Below, in pieces: positions 25,748 to 35,159 of a DNA stretch of 44,855 nt; the first letter of the stretch is position 1; each line of letters starts with the position of its first letter. Source of the DNA: a phage; NCBI GenBank assembly GCA_012164735.1, contig GCA_012164735.1_4544.1; one strand, given 5' to 3'. The notes under the pieces are model-generated. The model searched no databases, had not been told where the DNA came from, and worked only from the letters and a program-made list of their open reading frames with translations. The position numbers and the translations under genes are program-made.

Positions 25748-28700
25748 CGATTATCTACGACGTCACGGGCCATAAAGGCGGCGGTGGCAAACAGCACACC
25801 CCACAGGAGACGCCTGATAGCCTGCATTCGCTGGCTAAAATCCGCATCTTGCTCGCACTGGGCGAGGGCGAATTTGAAGGCATCCCCGACCCTAACGAAT
25901 TACGGCAGCGTGTATACCTGGACGGCACACCGATCCAGAACGCCGACCTGTCGGATAACTTCCCCGGCGCGCGCGTGGAGTTCCGCCCCGGCACGCAGCA
26001 CCAGGATGTGATTCACGGTTTTTCAGCGGTGGAAAGCGAGCAAACAGTAGGCGTAAAACTGGAACAGGGACAGCCGTGGGTCCGCCAGATTTCGGACACC
26101 AGTCTGGACGCGGTGCGTATTCGAATCGGTATTCCGGCCCTGTACACCAACGAAGATAACGGCGACCTGGTGGGCGGGCGCATCGACTATAAAATCGTTG
26201 TGTATACAGATAACGCCGATCCGCGCGAGTTCACATTCGCTGCCGTTGGTAAAACAATGTCGCTGTACGAGCGAGATCACCGCATCGAATTACCGTCTAA
26301 CGTTAACACCGGCTGGCGCGTGGAGGTGATCCGCACAACGGCAGACTCCACATCGGCGAAAGTGGTCAACGATATCCAGGTACAATCCATTACTGAGATT
26401 ATCGACGCCCGCCTGCGATACCCGCTAACCGCGCTGTTGTTCGTGGAGTTCGATGCTAAGGCGTTCCAGAACATCCCGCGTGTGTCCATCAAGTGCAAAG
26501 GCCGCAAAGTGCTGGTCCCGAACAACTATGACCCCGTGAATCATACCTATTCTGGTAACTGGGACGGCACATTTAAACGCGCCTGGACGGATAACCCTGC
26601 GTGGCACTGGTACGATATTTGTATTACTGAGCGCTTCGGCCTCGGTCGTCGTGTCAAACCACAAATGCTAAACCGTTACGCGCTCTACCAGATTGCGCAG
26701 CGCTGCGACCAGATGGTCAGTGACGGCAACGGCGGTCAGGAAATCCGATTTAAGAATGATATGTACATTCAATCGCAGACCGACGCCTGGACCGTGCTGA
26801 AGGATTTAGCGGCTATCTTTGCCGGTATGACCTGGTGGGGCAACCAGATGCTGAATATCGTCAGTGATCAGCCGGTCGCAGCGGTATCGCATACTATCAC
26901 CAACGCCTCGGTTATTGATGGTCGATTCGACTACGCATCGGGGAGCCAGAAAACTCGGTATTCCACGTTCTCGGTAGCCTACGGCAACCCGAAAAACCAT
27001 TACGAGGACGCCATCGCAACGGGCCAGCGTGTCGAACTGGTGCGCCGCCATAAGATTAACCGCCTTGATATTACGGCGATCGGCTGTACGCGTGAATCTG
27101 AAGCGCAACGCCGCGGACACTGGGCGCTAATCTCCAACCAGCTTGATCAGCAAGTTAGCTTTAAGGTTGGCATGGAGGGGTTATTCTTTATTCCGGGGAG
27201 CGTAGTCGCGATCGCAGATACTAACATTTCTGGCGGCTTCGAGACACGCGGCGGACGTCTGTTGTCAGATCCGGGCACGCGCACCGTGCTGAACACGGAC
27301 AGCGAAATCACGTTCCGCCCTGGCGATAAATTCCTGGTGCGCACCGATAGCGGTAATGTGGAGACTCGCGAGATTGCCAGCGTCAACGGCAACCAGGTCA
27401 CGCTAAAAACCGCACTGGACGCCGACCCAATTCCTGATCAGCCGTTTTGCGTTGATGGCGATGATATCCAGTTGCAGAAGTTCCGCATCACCGACCTGGA
27501 ATATGACGACGCTACCAGCACTTTCTCGGTGCGCGGGATTGAGTACAATGACAGCAAATATGATGCCGTTGATAATGGCGCGCGTCTTGATCCGGGTATC
27601 TTCACGCAAGTGCCGGACGGTGTAATGAAGGGGCCAGAATCCGTTACCATCACCCCGTCGCAGATCTCATCACAAGGCCAGCTAATCACCAACGTGGATA
27701 TTGTTTTTCCGCCGGTGAAGGATGCCGTTGTGTACGAAATCCAGTGGCGACGTACCAGCTTGCAGAATCTGGAAATCCAGTGGGGCAACGACTGGGTTAA
27801 CATCCCCCGCACGGCGTCGAATGGTGCGCATATCCCGAACGTGTTTTCTGGTAACTACCAGGCACGCGTCCGCGCTATCGGTATGGGCGAGATTTCATCC
27901 CCGTGGGTGTCGTCCGCCATCACGCCGGTGGAGGGTCGTCTTGGTGGGCTTAACGCGCCTATCATCACCAACGCGATTTCGGGCCTTCACCAAATTTTGT
28001 GGAAGTGGAATCACAACAACGCCGCAACGGATATTTCGTATACCGAGCTTGAAGTACGCAAGCTGGGCGAAACGGAATGGAAATTCCTAACCAACGTCCC
28101 ATATCCGGGGTCGGACTATGCGCAAACGTCGCTGGAGTTCGGGGTCTACCAGCAGTTGCGCGCACGCGTAGCGGATAAAATCGGCAACCTGTCAGACTGG
28201 TCCGATCCGTTCGACGGGCAGGTGAGTGACAAAGTTGACGAGTACATGCAGGGGCTTGATGACGAGTTCTTGACTTCCGAGGACGGTAAACACTTCCAGG
28301 AAGCAATCGACACCATTCCGCAAGGCATCTATGAGTCAATGCTTACGGACGCCCAGCAGTTATTCAACGCCCGCGCCGAGTATAAAGGGATTTATGCAGA
28401 AATTACGGTGGCGTATAACGTGGCGGCGGACGCTCACGAAGCCGTAGCGCAACTGGAAACGTTAATCGGCACGCGCCTTGACGACGCCGAAGCGTCAATC
28501 CACACGTTGCAGACCGCGCAAAGCACGCATGAGCAAGCATTCGCCCAGTACCAACAAACTGTTGCCGCTAAGTTCGGGGAGCAGGAAGCTGCCATCCAGC
28601 AGGTACAAACGGCAACGGCAGACGTAGCGGGCGCGCTGGCGGAGTATAAGACCCAGGTCGCGGCACAGTTCGGTCAGCAGTCCGCAGCTATCGAGCAGAA

Positions 28701-29190
28701 GATGACGTCCTCGTTTAACCATGCTGGCGGTAGCGCCACATACAGCCTTAAGGCTGGCGTGACGTATAACGGGACTTACTATGATGCCGGTATGCAGCTT
28801 TCCGTCGTGGCGGAAGGTGGCGCGGTTAAATCACGCATCGCGTTCAAGGCGGACCAGTTCTACATCATGCACCCATCTAACGGGTCGCTCTCGTCCGCGT
28901 TTATCGTTGACGGCGGGCAGGTGTATATTGACACGGCACGCATCAAGAACGCGTCTATTAACTTCGCGCAGATCACGGACACGCTGCAATCCAATAACTG
29001 GAATCCAGGTAACAGCGGCTGGCGTATCGCGAAGGATGGCGGGGCGGAGTTCAACAACGTTACGGTACGCGGCAACTTGTTCGCAACTACGGGTAACTTT
29101 GGATTCTCCGGCGGGTCAGTGACTATCGACGCAACGGGCGTCAACGTGCCATTACCTGGAGGGGGCAGGGTGAAAGTCGGGACGTGGTAA
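25744..29190 (+). CDS. Tail tip / host specificity protein (lambda J-like central fiber)
   Basis: 1148 aa following the I-like gene. Confidence 0.85.
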   Translation: MTIIYDVTGHKGGGGKQHTPQETPDSLHSLAKIRILLALGEGEFEGIPDPNELRQRVYLDGTPIQNADLSDNFPGARVEFRPGTQHQDVIHGFSAVESEQTVGVKLEQGQPWVRQISDTSLDAVRIRIGIPALYTNEDNGDLVGGRIDYKIVVYTDNADPREFTFAAVGKTMSLYERDHRIELPSNVNTGWRVEVIRTTADSTSAKVVNDIQVQSITEIIDARLRYPLTALLFVEFDAKAFQNIPRVSIKCKGRKVLVPNNYDPVNHTYSGNWDGTFKRAWTDNPAWHWYDICITERFGLGRRVKPQMLNRYALYQIAQRCDQMVSDGNGGQEIRFKNDMYIQSQTDAWTVLKDLAAIFAGMTWWGNQMLNIVSDQPVAAVSHTITNASVIDGRFDYASGSQKTRYSTFSVAYGNPKNHYEDAIATGQRVELVRRHKINRLDITAIGCTRESEAQRRGHWALISNQLDQQVSFKVGMEGLFFIPGSVVAIADTNISGGFETRGGRLLSDPGTRTVLNTDSEITFRPGDKFLVRTDSGNVETREIASVNGNQVTLKTALDADPIPDQPFCVDGDDIQLQKFRITDLEYDDATSTFSVRGIEYNDSKYDAVDNGARLDPGIFTQVPDGVMKGPESVTITPSQISSQGQLITNVDIVFPPVKDAVVYEIQWRRTSLQNLEIQWGNDWVNIPRTASNGAHIPNVFSGNYQARVRAIGMGEISSPWVSSAITPVEGRLGGLNAPIITNAISGLHQILWKWNHNNAATDISYTELEVRKLGETEWKFLTNVPYPGSDYAQTSLEFGVYQQLRARVADKIGNLSDWSDPFDGQVSDKVDEYMQGLDDEFLTSEDGKHFQEAIDTIPQGIYESMLTDAQQLFNARAEYKGIYAEITVAYNVAADAHEAVAQLETLIGTRLDDAEASIHTLQTAQSTHEQAFAQYQQTVAAKFGEQEAAIQQVQTATADVAGALAEYKTQVAAQFGQQSAAIEQKMTSSFNHAGGSATYSLKAGVTYNGTYYDAGMQLSVVAEGGAVKSRIAFKADQFYIMHPSNGSLSSAFIVDGGQVYIDTARIKNASINFAQITDTLQSNNWNPGNSGWRIAKDGGAEFNNVTVRGNLFATTGNFGFSGGSVTIDATGVNVPLPGGGRVKVGTW

Positions 29191-29196
29191 ATGAGA

Positions 29197-29219
29197 AGGG
29201 GCCATCCGGCCCCTTTTTT
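29197..29219. terminator. Bidirectional terminator between J-like gene and the minus-strand cassette
   Basis: Stem aggggcc/ggcccct, loop atcc, T6. Confidence 0.6.
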
Positions 29220-30183
29220 AATAGATATTAGGAATGACGAGTAACGGGGTGGGTACGGCAATATTTTTGCCCGGCATTTGGAATTGCTGCCGTGAGTAGT
29301 TGCCAATAACGCGGTTTTTAGCGATGCGCACATTATTACCCGCCATTCGTATCCCGTTCATGCGCACATGGTTATAGCCGCTGTTGTTCTCAATGAGCGC
29401 ACCGGTATATGAAAGCTGGATCAGACTATTACCGATGTGCTGGTCGCCGCCACCGATATTAATCGTGCGGTCGTAGACAAACGGCTTGTTTACCGTCGAG
29501 AACGTGACCTGCCCCTGGTTGTTAGTCATGGTGATACCGGTCCCCGGTGAGGGCGGCGTATTGTTGAATATCACCAGGTCCATATCAACGGCAGCGCCTA
29601 CGTCGTCAATCCCGCCATAGGACGCATTACGGACAATGATACTTCCGCCATCGAAGCCAACCGATACGTTGCCGTCGTCCCAGCGCGCGAACGGGACACC
29701 GCCGACGGGAAGCGGCATACTTCCGTTTACATGCACGCGCTGCGCATATCGGCAGGTCATTAGCCGTGCGACGTTGGATATTGCGGTGAAGTCCGTTGCG
29801 TTAGCTACCAGTAAGCCCGCATTGCGTGACCCCACCGGCAGCACTTCCATAATCACCCCGCCCCATGTTGGAAGCCCGCTGTATGCGTTATAGGCATCCT
29901 CACCGCGCAAGGTGATTCCGCCATCCCCGTTACGTTGTATCGACGTCACATAAAACGGGTCTGGCAAGACCAGGGTCTGGTCGAATACTTCCATCACTTC
30001 TACCGGATTAGTTAGGGCAACGACCAGTTCGGACCCCGGTGTCAGCGGTGTGTTAATGGTCAGCGTCTTGTCAGACTGACAGCGCTGATTAAAGGTAGTG
30101 CAGAACGACGGAGCGCGAAGGCCCGCGGTTATCTCCATGACAGGTCTACCGTCGTTGTAGTCGATAAGTATTCCAGCACCCAT
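29218..30183 (-). CDS. Hypothetical Gly/Asn-rich beta-rich protein (321 aa; ATG 30183 preferred over GTG 30192)
   Basis: RBS gggag 9 nt upstream of the ATG; no signal peptide; repeat-like beta-strand composition. Confidence 0.55.
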   Translation of the reverse strand: MGAGILIDYNDGRPVMEITAGLRAPSFCTTFNQRCQSDKTLTINTPLTPGSELVVALTNPVEVMEVFDQTLVLPDPFYVTSIQRNGDGGITLRGEDAYNAYSGLPTWGGVIMEVLPVGSRNAGLLVANATDFTAISNVARLMTCRYAQRVHVNGSMPLPVGGVPFARWDDGNVSVGFDGGSIIVRNASYGGIDDVGAAVDMDLVIFNNTPPSPGTGITMTNNQGQVTFSTVNKPFVYDRTINIGGGDQHIGNSLIQLSYTGALIENNSGYNHVRMNGIRMAGNNVRIAKNRVIGNYSRQQFQMPGKNIAVPTPLLVIPNIY

Positions 30184-30185
30184 TA

Positions 30186-30407
30186 TTACCACTCCCGTGA
30201 TTTAACTGATACAGTACCTGAGAAATTGCCGTCGCTATCGGCAGATAGGCCAGTGAAGCGCATGTCCACGCCTCCGGCAGGGACTTTTTGCCCGTCAACA
30301 TAACGCAACATGCAGCTTCCGTAAGCCACCGTAATGCAATCACCGTTGTTGCGTTCTACGGCACAACCGGACAAAAGAACAGCACAAATCATAATTAAAG
30401 TTTTCAT
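30186..30407 (-). CDS. Small lipoprotein (73 aa), candidate superinfection-exclusion protein (Cor/Llp-like)
   Basis: MKTLIMICAVLLSGC signal peptide with lipobox LSGC; strong RBS aggag; location between tail tip and fiber genes. Confidence 0.6.
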   Translation of the reverse strand: MKTLIMICAVLLSGCAVERNNGDCITVAYGSCMLRYVDGQKVPAGGVDMRFTGLSADSDGNFSGTVSVKSREW

Positions 30408-30487
30408 GTTATCATCTCCTATATTTGGTTGAGTTTTAGTATTACACCGCTCGATCAAGAATGCAACCAATTTATGAGGATTTAGCT

Positions 30488-32242
30488 ATGGCAGCGGGTA
30501 CACTATCCGTAACGAATAACAGCACCGCGGTGACTGGAGACGGCACAACGCTTACCGCGCTGAAGGCGGGCGACTTCCTGTCGCTGGTAGTAGGGCAAGT
30601 CCCTTACACTATTGCTATTGCATCCATTGAGAGCGACACCGCGCTTACACTGGCGCTGCCGTTCGACGGCCCAACGGCAACCGGCCTCGCATGGGATAGC
30701 GTGGCGCGCGATACCATGTCCCTTGCAACGATGGGCGTAACCGTCCAGGCGCAGAAAGCACTACGCTTGATGATCGCGGATGAGAACAACTGGCGCGCAA
30801 TCTTCGGCGACGATGAAGAAATCACAGTGACGTTACCTAACGGGCAGGTTATGCAGGGCATGTCATGGGGCTATCTGTCACAGTTGATGAAACAGATCGA
30901 CCCCGTTGAGATGCGCAACCTGCAACAACAAGCCGCCGCATCTGAAGCAGCCGCGCAAGGATTTCGTAACGAGGCTGAAGGATTTCGAGACGGCGCGCAA
31001 GGATACCGCAACGAGGCGCTCCAATTCCGCACCGACTGCGAAGGGCTGAAGAACGAAACGACAAACCTTCGCAACGATGCGCTCCAATTCCGCACCGACT
31101 GCGAAGGGCTGAAGAACGAAACGACAAACCTTCGCAACGATGCTAACACAGCTAAGACTGGCGCGGAGACGGCACGCGATCAGGCGCAGAACATCGCCGA
31201 CGGTATGGACCCTGGACAGTATATGCAGAAATCTGCAAACCTGAGCGATGTAGTGGATAAGGCGCAAGGCCGCGCGAATATGGGTCTTGGCACTACAGAT
31301 GCCGTGGAGTTTGGTGGGGCCACCCTCAATGGTCCCACCCGCATCAATGGCTCGTTGCTGTTGGGGCGTAACCAGTGGGATGGGTCTAGCTGGGGGGTCT
31401 ACGGACTACAATCGTCATTCGTCATCATGTCGCCGGATGGAGACTCCGAGCCGGGATTTTACATCAGGCCGCTATCGGGTGCGCCTGGGTACGCAACGTC
31501 GTTCACCTATAATCTCGCGATTAATCTTTTCAGCACCGGTGCTCGCATCAAGGCGGTTAACTTCGCATCCAGCACTACGACTATGGGATATAACGAGATG
31601 TGGTCACGTGCATGTTTCCAGGGGCAGCCATACGAAGCCCAGGCGGGGGTTGAGAACTACCAATCGCTTGTCGCAGGTACTTGCGGTACGGTATCACACG
31701 GATTTTACGGTGGCGTTGCGTTCGGCATGATGACTGCTGGCAGGGCTGGGTGGCCTGTCGGTCAGATCTCGATCGGCACGCAGGACAGAGCCGCTGACGG
31801 CACTATCGGATTACAAATGCACTTCCGTTTCCATGCATCCGGTAACATTACGTATACGGGGCCGGCGGGGAAGGGGTCATTCCAGCGAATCCCGGCATCT
31901 GACCGCAACATTAAGCATGATATTAAAGACGATAAATCCAGCACAGCATACGATAACATTCGAGCCATTCGATTCCGTAATTTCGTATTTAATGATGACG
32001 AGCAGGAGCGTATTCGTCGCGGGGTTATCGCACAGGAGCTTGAAGAAATCGACCCGCTTTATGTTAAGCACCGCGAATACCACAACATGGAGCTTAACGG
32101 GCCGAAGATTACGCGACTGGAGCTTGACACGACGCCGCTGTTACTGGACACAATGCGAGCGTTGCAGGATACGATTAAGCAGGTGGAGGAGTTGAAGGCG
32201 GAGATCGCGGCGTTGAAGCAGGCGGAAGAGTTGAAGAAATAG
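30488..32242 (+). CDS. Tail fiber with coiled-coil repeat region and C-terminal intramolecular chaperone (self-cleaving, peptidase S74-like) domain
   Basis: Start at ATG 30488 with RBS gagga; 63-bp perfect tandem repeat 31018-31143; C-terminal SDRNIKHDIKD motif from 31898. Confidence 0.75.
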   Translation: MAAGTLSVTNNSTAVTGDGTTLTALKAGDFLSLVVGQVPYTIAIASIESDTALTLALPFDGPTATGLAWDSVARDTMSLATMGVTVQAQKALRLMIADENNWRAIFGDDEEITVTLPNGQVMQGMSWGYLSQLMKQIDPVEMRNLQQQAAASEAAAQGFRNEAEGFRDGAQGYRNEALQFRTDCEGLKNETTNLRNDALQFRTDCEGLKNETTNLRNDANTAKTGAETARDQAQNIADGMDPGQYMQKSANLSDVVDKAQGRANMGLGTTDAVEFGGATLNGPTRINGSLLLGRNQWDGSSWGVYGLQSSFVIMSPDGDSEPGFYIRPLSGAPGYATSFTYNLAINLFSTGARIKAVNFASSTTTMGYNEMWSRACFQGQPYEAQAGVENYQSLVAGTCGTVSHGFYGGVAFGMMTAGRAGWPVGQISIGTQDRAADGTIGLQMHFRFHASGNITYTGPAGKGSFQRIPASDRNIKHDIKDDKSSTAYDNIRAIRFRNFVFNDDEQERIRRGVIAQELEEIDPLYVKHREYHNMELNGPKITRLELDTTPLLLDTMRALQDTIKQVEELKAEIAALKQAEELKK

Positions 32243-32245
32243 GAG

Positions 32246-32269
32246 AGGGGCCATACGGCCCCTTTTTTT
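32246..32269. terminator. Bidirectional terminator at the convergence point of the plus and minus transcription blocks
   Basis: Stem aggggcc/ggcccct, loop atac, T7. Confidence 0.65.
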
Positions 32270-32843
32270 AGTTTGAGTTTTCCCAGTCCATTTTGCGCCG
32301 CACCAGCGGGCTTTCGTAATACTCCTTTCCCTCCACTTCCACTAAGGGCCAGTCATTAACAATCACGTATGGCTCCGCGATATCCTCGATCACGCCGTGC
32401 GCACTATGTTGTCCGAAATCTACGCCCACCAGGATAACCCCAGCAACGCGACGAGTGAGATACTCGCGAGCGCAACGAGCCTCTACCAGTCCGCGACGGA
32501 TGCCGCTGGTGGCCTTAACCTCATAGGTCCAGACGGCATCAATCATGTGTTCCCGGAAGTCGGGACCGGACTTAACCTTGCGCTTACCGACCATGATAAT
32601 ATCGCCGCGGTCGATTGTATTAGCGCTAAACAGGCCGGTACGCATTAGCAAACCTTGCGGGATACAGCTACGCCCGCCCGCCTGCCCTTCGAGGTACATG
32701 CCTGCAAACATTTCGCCCAGCACACCGACGAGCCTGCTTTGCTTGCACGCGTCGGACTTATACCGCCACTGGTCAAACTCTATGCTTGCGATCATTGCCG
32801 CCAGGTGGAATTGTTTACCTGTTATTTCATATTCGCCGTACAT
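32268..32843 (-). CDS. Putative PD-(D/E)xK-type nuclease
   Basis: 191 aa; GDIIMVG ... TYEVK arrangement; RBS gaggg. Confidence 0.45.
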   Translation of the reverse strand: MYGEYEITGKQFHLAAMIASIEFDQWRYKSDACKQSRLVGVLGEMFAGMYLEGQAGGRSCIPQGLLMRTGLFSANTIDRGDIIMVGKRKVKSGPDFREHMIDAVWTYEVKATSGIRRGLVEARCAREYLTRRVAGVILVGVDFGQHSAHGVIEDIAEPYVIVNDWPLVEVEGKEYYESPLVRRKMDWENSN

Positions 32844-32885
32844 TGTGAATCCCTCATTGATGCGGGCCGAAGCCCGCGATTAGAA

Positions 32886-33407
32886 TTATTTCAGTGCGCC
32901 AGTCACCAGTGTTTTTTCCATGTTGCGGAAGTCTTCCGGCGTCATGAGGATTTTGGAACCGTCTTCGCCAGTGAGCACGACCATAGGCTGGACTTCTTGA
33001 TCTACCACACCGAAATTAGCGGCTTTAACATTCTTACCCGCAGATGACGAAGGATGCCACGTCCCTGCGGTGGCGATGGGCCAACCTTTAAGGCTATCGT
33101 ATTGCGCTGCCGTCGTATCGACCTGAATCTCATCATGAACGGTCATGTAAGACTCGCCCAGCAAGGCCGCATACGCTACCAGGTCGACGATGTTATCTTC
33201 CTGGTGCTTACGGTGCTGGCGCACCAGCTTCAGGCAGATCAGGAATGTCCAGGCTTCTTGCTCGGTAAGATCGCGCCCGGTAAGCGCGTTAAACACGGCG
33301 GCGATCTGTTTAGCGCTGCGTTCTTCTTTCGCGTTGTCATAGCCGTTTTCTTTCCCGCGCTGTTCCATAGTGGTGGCGGCGTTTTTGCAGTATTCGTATG
33401 CTTTCAT
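32886..33407 (-). CDS. Hypothetical protein (start at ATG 33407)
   Basis: 173 aa; RBS aagga; ORF-track N-terminal extension rejected. Confidence 0.45.
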   Translation of the reverse strand: MKAYEYCKNAATTMEQRGKENGYDNAKEERSAKQIAAVFNALTGRDLTEQEAWTFLICLKLVRQHRKHQEDNIVDLVAYAALLGESYMTVHDEIQVDTTAAQYDSLKGWPIATAGTWHPSSSAGKNVKAANFGVVDQEVQPMVVLTGEDGSKILMTPEDFRNMEKTLVTGALK

Positions 33408-33459
33408 TATGTTTTCCTTTTTAGTGGGGGCGGTATTGCCCCCGACGTGATTAAGATAC

Positions 33460-33481
33460 TGCAACCAACCTATTGGTTGCA
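33460..33481. promoter_or_regulatory. Palindromic motif pair TGCAACCAA-cct-ATTGGTTGCA
   Basis: Inverted repeat of the recurring 9-mer. Confidence 0.5.
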
Positions 33482-33940
33482 AGTGAATTTTGCAACGTTT
33501 ATCGCATAAATTTTCGGGACTAGATCGCCGCACGCCCGACGAATTGCCGCGATGTTCTTCTCGCAATCTTCAATGATGACCAGTTCCGACACGTCAGCAT
33601 AGCAGACCATTTTGAACACGGCGCACGCCTTAAACTCTGGCGGCGGGGTGTCGTCCAGCATGTGGCGCATAAACAACCGGCCTGTCGGGAATACTTCCAG
33701 TTGTTCGGCGGTGGTGTCCCAACATTCTCGCTGCCGGTTTGTCAGATACGCGATCTCGAAGCCTTGCGCTTTATACATGCGCAACAGCGGCAGCATATCC
33801 ATGTTCAGATCTTCGCGTGTATGCGCTTTGTGCCACTTCGCCCAAAAGGTGGATTTAGTTTTTATGTCAGGCACCAGGTCGGCACGCGCATCGCTTGAAC
33901 CGTTAATAACGCCATCCAAATCGCAAATCAGTAATTTCAT
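33470..33940 (-). CDS. HAD-superfamily phosphatase-like protein
   Basis: N-terminal LLICDLDGVI (DxDG motif I). Confidence 0.5.
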   Translation of the reverse strand: MKLLICDLDGVINGSSDARADLVPDIKTKSTFWAKWHKAHTREDLNMDMLPLLRMYKAQGFEIAYLTNRQRECWDTTAEQLEVFPTGRLFMRHMLDDTPPPEFKACAVFKMVCYADVSELVIIEDCEKNIAAIRRACGDLVPKIYAINVAKFTCNQ

Positions 33941-34161
33941 TTTAAGCTCTCAATAAGGGTCTGTCGGGCGCTTCGCGCAGTAACGGAGTTGCATACGAAA
34001 TGGCAACGCTGAGTCATGACAAGCCAACCGGTGAGGTCAAGGCCCATGATGCGTCCTGGACAAGACGCGCGCACCACATGATTGCGCCGCGGGTCAATGC
34101 CGTAGTCTTTTTGCATTTGGTTTACGACCGCCGGGTCGCGGTCAACGATTAAGATATTCAC
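33937..34161 (-). CDS. Small hypothetical protein (GTG start with strong RBS aaggag)
   Basis: 74-aa ORF overlapping upstream gene end. Confidence 0.35.
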   Translation of the reverse strand: MNILIVDRDPAVVNQMQKDYGIDPRRNHVVRASCPGRIMGLDLTGWLVMTQRCHFVCNSVTARSARQTLIESLK

Positions 34162-34627
34162 GCAATTCTCCTTCGCTCATTATTTCAATTTGTGCGCTGC
34201 CGATGGGCGGCGCTTCGTCAAATATTATTAATTGCTGGCACTTGTTATTGCTCGGCCCGACTTCACCGGTGACTGCATGTATGAATCGGATCCGCCAGTC
34301 CAGAAGAATTATCAGATTTGCAGTCTTCCGGGCCAGCTTCGCCCACTTCGTCGACGTGTCCTGATTCAGTAGCATGACGGTCCGACGGCCATGCGCTGCG
34401 CACTCAACCCACGGCAGCGGATCGGAATATGGCGGGTTGCACCATTTCCACCCTTTCAACTCGGACCAGTCAGCATCAAGCGCGCTGTGCTCCGCAGTGA
34501 AGTAACGCGGTAGCAGGTGGTTGGTGTCGCTTGCCGCCATATCGTAACGGAATCGGTATTTCCGGCGCAGTGGTTTAAATAAAGCTGGCGGCGTGCGCCA
34601 GCTATCTTTTTGCTCACTCTTCGTCAT
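34142..34627 (-). CDS. DNA N6-adenine methyltransferase (phage Dam-like); start uncertain (34627, 34645 or 34654)
   Basis: WCNPPYSD motif IV; W ... TPP near N-terminus. Confidence 0.7.
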   Translation of the reverse strand: MTKSEQKDSWRTPPALFKPLRRKYRFRYDMAASDTNHLLPRYFTAEHSALDADWSELKGWKWCNPPYSDPLPWVECAAHGRRTVMLLNQDTSTKWAKLARKTANLIILLDWRIRFIHAVTGEVGPSNNKCQQLIIFDEAPPIGSAQIEIMSEGELREYLNR

Positions 34628-35078
34628 TCTGCGGGTCCAGTGCATATAGGGCAATCTTTTCGTATTTGCCGACTATGCGATGCACGCGCTTTGCGTCCTC
34701 TTCACTACGTGGGCGCGCATCCGTGTAGTAGCTACCAGTTTGAGTATTGTGCCACGCCATAAGCACCAAATCTTTCCGGGCGATCGAAGACTGGCGGCCC
34801 TTCGGACGCACGTACTCCTCCGCACGTTTACAGTGCTCCCGCAACGCATCGGCAGTGATGCGGTTTAGTGCAACGCTGGTGGTGTATCCGGTGCGCTGCA
34901 TAATCCCCATCAGTTCGAAAAGCAGTTCGAAGCGCTCCTCTAACTCCATGCGGCGCTTTTCTTCCGTTTCATAGCTTGACAGGTAGGTATCTGCCAGCGC
35001 GCTGACGCGTTCTGCCTGTTCGCGGGCTTCGAGGCATTGCGCGGCCCAGTAGTTTTTCTCTTCTTGTAAAATTTTCAT
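34614..35078 (-). CDS. Hypothetical protein
   Basis: 154 aa, RBS ggaga. Confidence 0.45.
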   Translation of the reverse strand: MKILQEEKNYWAAQCLEAREQAERVSALADTYLSSYETEEKRRMELEERFELLFELMGIMQRTGYTTSVALNRITADALREHCKRAEEYVRPKGRQSSIARKDLVLMAWHNTQTGSYYTDARPRSEEDAKRVHRIVGKYEKIALYALDPQNDEE

Positions 35079-35098
35079 CGTGTTGTCTCCGGGTATTA

Positions 35099-35127
35099 AA
35101 AAGGGCGTCCAAACCGGACACCCTCAA
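35099..35127 (-). terminator. Minus-strand intrinsic terminator lying between paired motifs and the next start codon
   Basis: rc: gggtgtcc ggttt ggacgccc then TTTTTA. Confidence 0.45.
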
Positions 35128-35132
35128 TATAA

Positions 35133-35159
35133 TGCAACCAATATGACTATGCAACCAAT
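35133..35159. promoter_or_regulatory. Paired TGCAACCAAT motifs (35133-35142, 35150-35159); on the minus strand they give TTGCAT - 17 nt - TATATT
   Basis: Two perfect 10-mers; hexamers read by eye. Confidence 0.45.

Noticed and set aside
30461-30487. ORF-track start of the tail fiber at 30461
   Set aside because: The first codons coincide with the TGCAACCAAT regulatory motif; the ATG at 30488 has a proper RBS (gagga) and is preferred.
30488-32242. Diversity-generating retroelement targeting the tail fiber
   Set aside because: No reverse transcriptase gene and no template/variable repeat pair; the only repeat in the fiber gene is a perfect tandem duplication.
33425-33446. Hairpin gggggc-ggtatt-gccccc near a gene start as a terminator
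   Set aside because: Not followed by a T-run on either strand; more likely a 5' UTR structure.
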